Shown here piece by piece: positions 63,301 to 64,000 of a stretch of DNA of 64,000 nt. Source of the stretch: Amoebophrya sp. A120. Lineage: Eukaryota > Protista > Dinoflagellata. Location of the stretch: NCBI GenBank assembly GCA_905178155.1, contig CAJINV010000002.1:2512226-2576225 (forward strand), given 5' to 3'. The position numbers and the translations under genes were made by a program. Numbering within the stretch: position 1 is the stretch's first letter; every line of letters begins with the position of its first letter. The notes beneath the pieces were generated by a model. It did not search any database. It saw only the letters and a program-made list of their open reading frames with translations, and was not told where the DNA came from.

Positions 63301-64000
63301 ACCCTAGGAACTTCTGCATCTTGTTCCCCTAGTGCAGCCACGAAGGGACTAAACCTACAACAACCATCAAGCTGGACCTCCAAGGGGACAGGGAAAAAAA
63401 TGACGGCCGGCTATAATTTAACATCCCCAGCTTTTTCTGTCCAGAACATTTACCAATCCCAGCTGGATACCGAGGAAGAGCGAAAACGCATCCTACAGTA
63501 CCAGCAGGCCATCCGCGCAGAGGATGAAAGAAGACTCCGGGAAGAAGAGCGGCGGGTTGCCATTGAAATGGCGGAAATCCAAAACAAGGCCTGCCCGGCG
63601 CACATCTACGAGCCGGGGAGCAATAGACTGCAGTTGGGAGGTGATGGAGAAGTATTGAATCCAGAGCCGGACAGCGATATCCTGTGCAAAAGTATCGTAC
63701 TCGTATTGCAATCATGCATTACAAATCTTTTGCGTAAGGTAATTCCGCATTACAAATTTTATTTCTCACGCTGAGGAAATTTGTAATGCATTTGTACGAG
63801 TACGATACTTTTGCGGGGCATAAGCGAGAGGAAGCGCCGGAAAAAAGATTTGAACGAGCGAGAAATGCATGAACTGGAAGAAAAGGGATTTATCAGGAGT
63901 AAACCGCCAATGCTGGTGGTGGGCAGCAGCAGCAGTAGTAGTCTTGGTGCCGCCGCGCCGCGGTCGAGTTCCGTGCCGGTAGAATTACTCTTCTTGATAT
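27320..64000 (+). CDS. Very large, mostly low-complexity S/Q/E-rich protein with UIM-like motifs and a coiled-coil; runs off the window
   Basis: One reading frame traced by hand from ~34 kb to 64000 across more than 25 inserts. Several junctions between 27.3 and 34 kb are unresolved, so this could be more than one gene. UIM-like EEVQIALAMELSR and EDLELERQAIALSLEK lie in the 58.5-60.9 kb exon. Confidence 0.65.
27907..28165. mobile_element. Introner-like intron, diverged family C
   Basis: TATTCTTTGTAAAA / TTTTACAGAGGATA; DR CTTCA. Confidence 0.8.
28471..28694. mobile_element. Introner-like intron, family A
   Basis: Family A left TIR; DR TGCTT. Confidence 0.85.
29327..29569. mobile_element. 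Degenerate introner-like intron with possible GT-AG ends (29326-29576)
   Basis: TATGCATTGCAAA..TTCATTG / CAATGAA..TTTGCATTGGATA; DR lost. Confidence 0.7.
34993..35217. mobile_element. Degenerate introner-like intron
   Basis: TATG..GATA; DR CAGCA; joins ORFs 33957 and 35315 in frame. Confidence 0.8.
36248..36436. mobile_element. Highly degenerate TAC..ATA intron
   Basis: Frame restored by removing insert +5 nt; TIR weak. Confidence 0.5.
36597..36904. mobile_element. Introner-like intron, family B
   Basis: TACCAAAATGAAAAATACGCCCTCTCCATAT; DR GACAC. Confidence 0.85.
37038..37352. mobile_element. Introner-like intron, diverged family C
   Basis: TATCCTGTGCGAAAACCTA / TAGGTGTTTGCCCAGGATA; DR decayed; frame restored. 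Confidence 0.8.
38090..38348. mobile_element. Degenerate introner-like intron
   Basis: TATCAGAAGGGAATGATGAAC / GTTCATCTTCCGTCCGATA; joins KLE|LIRAQ. Confidence 0.75.
41074..41236. mobile_element. Introner-like intron, family D
   Basis: Diverged family D TIR; DR TCTGC/TCATC; frame restored. Confidence 0.8.
41396..41646. mobile_element. Introner-like intron, family A
   Basis: DR CCTGT; near-copy of 12485-12736. Confidence 0.9.
41756..42086. mobile_element. Introner-like intron, family C
   Basis: Family C TIR; DR decayed; frame restored. Confidence 0.85.
42120..42376. mobile_element. Introner-like intron, diverged family A
   Basis: TGTTGTCTG / CAGACAACA inverted; DR GATAC/GCTGC; frame restored. 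Confidence 0.7.
43147..43352. mobile_element. Introner-like intron, singleton
   Basis: TAT..AGAAAAAAG..GTCAC TIR; DR CCTGA. Confidence 0.85.
43383..43693. mobile_element. Introner-like intron, singleton with ~53-bp TIR
   Basis: CAAAGTTGAAATGATTTGTCATGCATA perfectly inverted; DR CAGTA. Confidence 0.9.
45706..45928. mobile_element. Introner-like intron, singleton
   Basis: TIR TATGACAGTGCACAACTCCCCCTCCCCTTCATTTGT; DR GGGGC. Confidence 0.9.
49165..51876. mobile_element. Expanded (2.7 kb) family-A-like intron with triplicated left TIR and two nested inserts
   Basis: Left TIR at 49165, 49961 and 51520; matching right TIR ends at 51876; removal +5 nt gives ASSR|HPENATPSFG in frame. Confidence 0.7.
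49427..49597. repeat. Tandem array of ~7 units (24-26 bp), TCCGCTTgtCGGAAAGT..., each a mini-hairpin
   Basis: Directly visible; two alternating unit types give a ~50-bp higher-order period. Confidence 0.85.
51922..52174. mobile_element. Introner-like intron, family A
   Basis: Family A TIR (right end GATG); DR TGCAC. Confidence 0.9.
52235..52554. mobile_element. Introner-like intron, family B
   Basis: Family B TIR; DR GGGAG/GGGAC. Confidence 0.9.
53185..53377. mobile_element. Introner-like intron, singleton
   Basis: AGAAAAAAGCAGGCAGGGCAT / ATGCTCTGTCTGTCTTTTTCT; DR TCTTC. Confidence 0.8.
53517..53790. mobile_element. Introner-like intron, family A
   Basis: Family A TIR; DR AAGTG. Confidence 0.9.
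53892..54162. mobile_element. Introner-like intron, family A
   Basis: TATCAACTGCAAATATCGAT / ATCGATATTTGCAGTGCATA; DR lost; frame restored. Confidence 0.85.
55095..55350. mobile_element. Introner-like intron, family A
   Basis: Family A TIR; DR TCCGG/TCCGA. Confidence 0.9.
55591..55865. mobile_element. Introner-like intron, family C
   Basis: Family C TIR; DR ACCAC. Confidence 0.9.
55942..56222. mobile_element. Introner-like intron, family C (inverted paralog of 55591-55865)
   Basis: Family C TIR; DR GGAAG. Confidence 0.9.
56843..57093. mobile_element. Introner-like intron, family A
   Basis: Family A TIR; DR GCTGT. Confidence 0.9.
59607..59775 (+). repeat. Coding tandem repeat (EHLERQKQLAEQERR-like, ~45 bp, ~4 copies) in the coiled-coil
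   Basis: GAGCACTTGGAGCGGCAAAAGCAGCTGGCCGAGCAGGAGCGGCGT repeated. Confidence 0.8.
60947..61269. mobile_element. Introner-like intron, family B
   Basis: Family B TIR; DR CCGCA/CCGCC. Confidence 0.9.
61334..61542. mobile_element. Introner-like intron, singleton
   Basis: TATGCAAGAAAAAAACTGTGTAAGT TIR; DR CCTCG. Confidence 0.9.
61588..61747. mobile_element. Introner-like intron, family D
   Basis: Family D TIR; DR TTGGT. Confidence 0.9.
63678..63822. mobile_element. Introner-like intron, family D
   Basis: DR AGCGA; near-copy of 21941-22085. Confidence 0.9.

Noticed and set aside
2805-64000. Genes are transposon-riddled pseudogenes
   Set aside because: Traced exons have no stops or frameshifts once inserts are removed, and catalytic and zinc-ligand motifs are intact.

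Overview
Eukaryotic nuclear DNA with about six multi-exon genes: two on the minus strand left of ~9 kb and the rest on the plus strand right of ~12 kb. The genes are interrupted by about 57 short (145-330 bp) transposon-like inserts. Almost all begin TAY and end RTA, carry terminal inverted repeats (TIRs) and are flanked by a 5-bp direct repeat (DR) of arbitrary sequence. At nearly every junction I joined by hand, removing the insert plus one DR copy restores the reading frame, so they behave as non-canonical (non GT-AG) introner-type introns. This architecture matches the IR+DR introner elements reported in the parasitic dinoflagellate Amoebophrya; the organism assignment is my inference. There are four repeated TIR families (A-D) plus many singletons, nearly all sharing an internal TTGTNATGC motif. 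Recognisable products are a coiled-coil secreted-type protein, a histidine-phosphatase (PGAM-like) protein with an RD-rich region, a RING + TRAF-zinc-finger protein, and a very large low-complexity protein with UIM-like motifs. Other notable structure: a 2.7-kb expanded intron whose left TIR is present three times, a GC/AT/GC block with ~160-bp periodic A/T tracts at the divergent strand switch, and an intronic 54-bp minisatellite. All coordinates and joins were worked out by hand; no RNA evidence is available.
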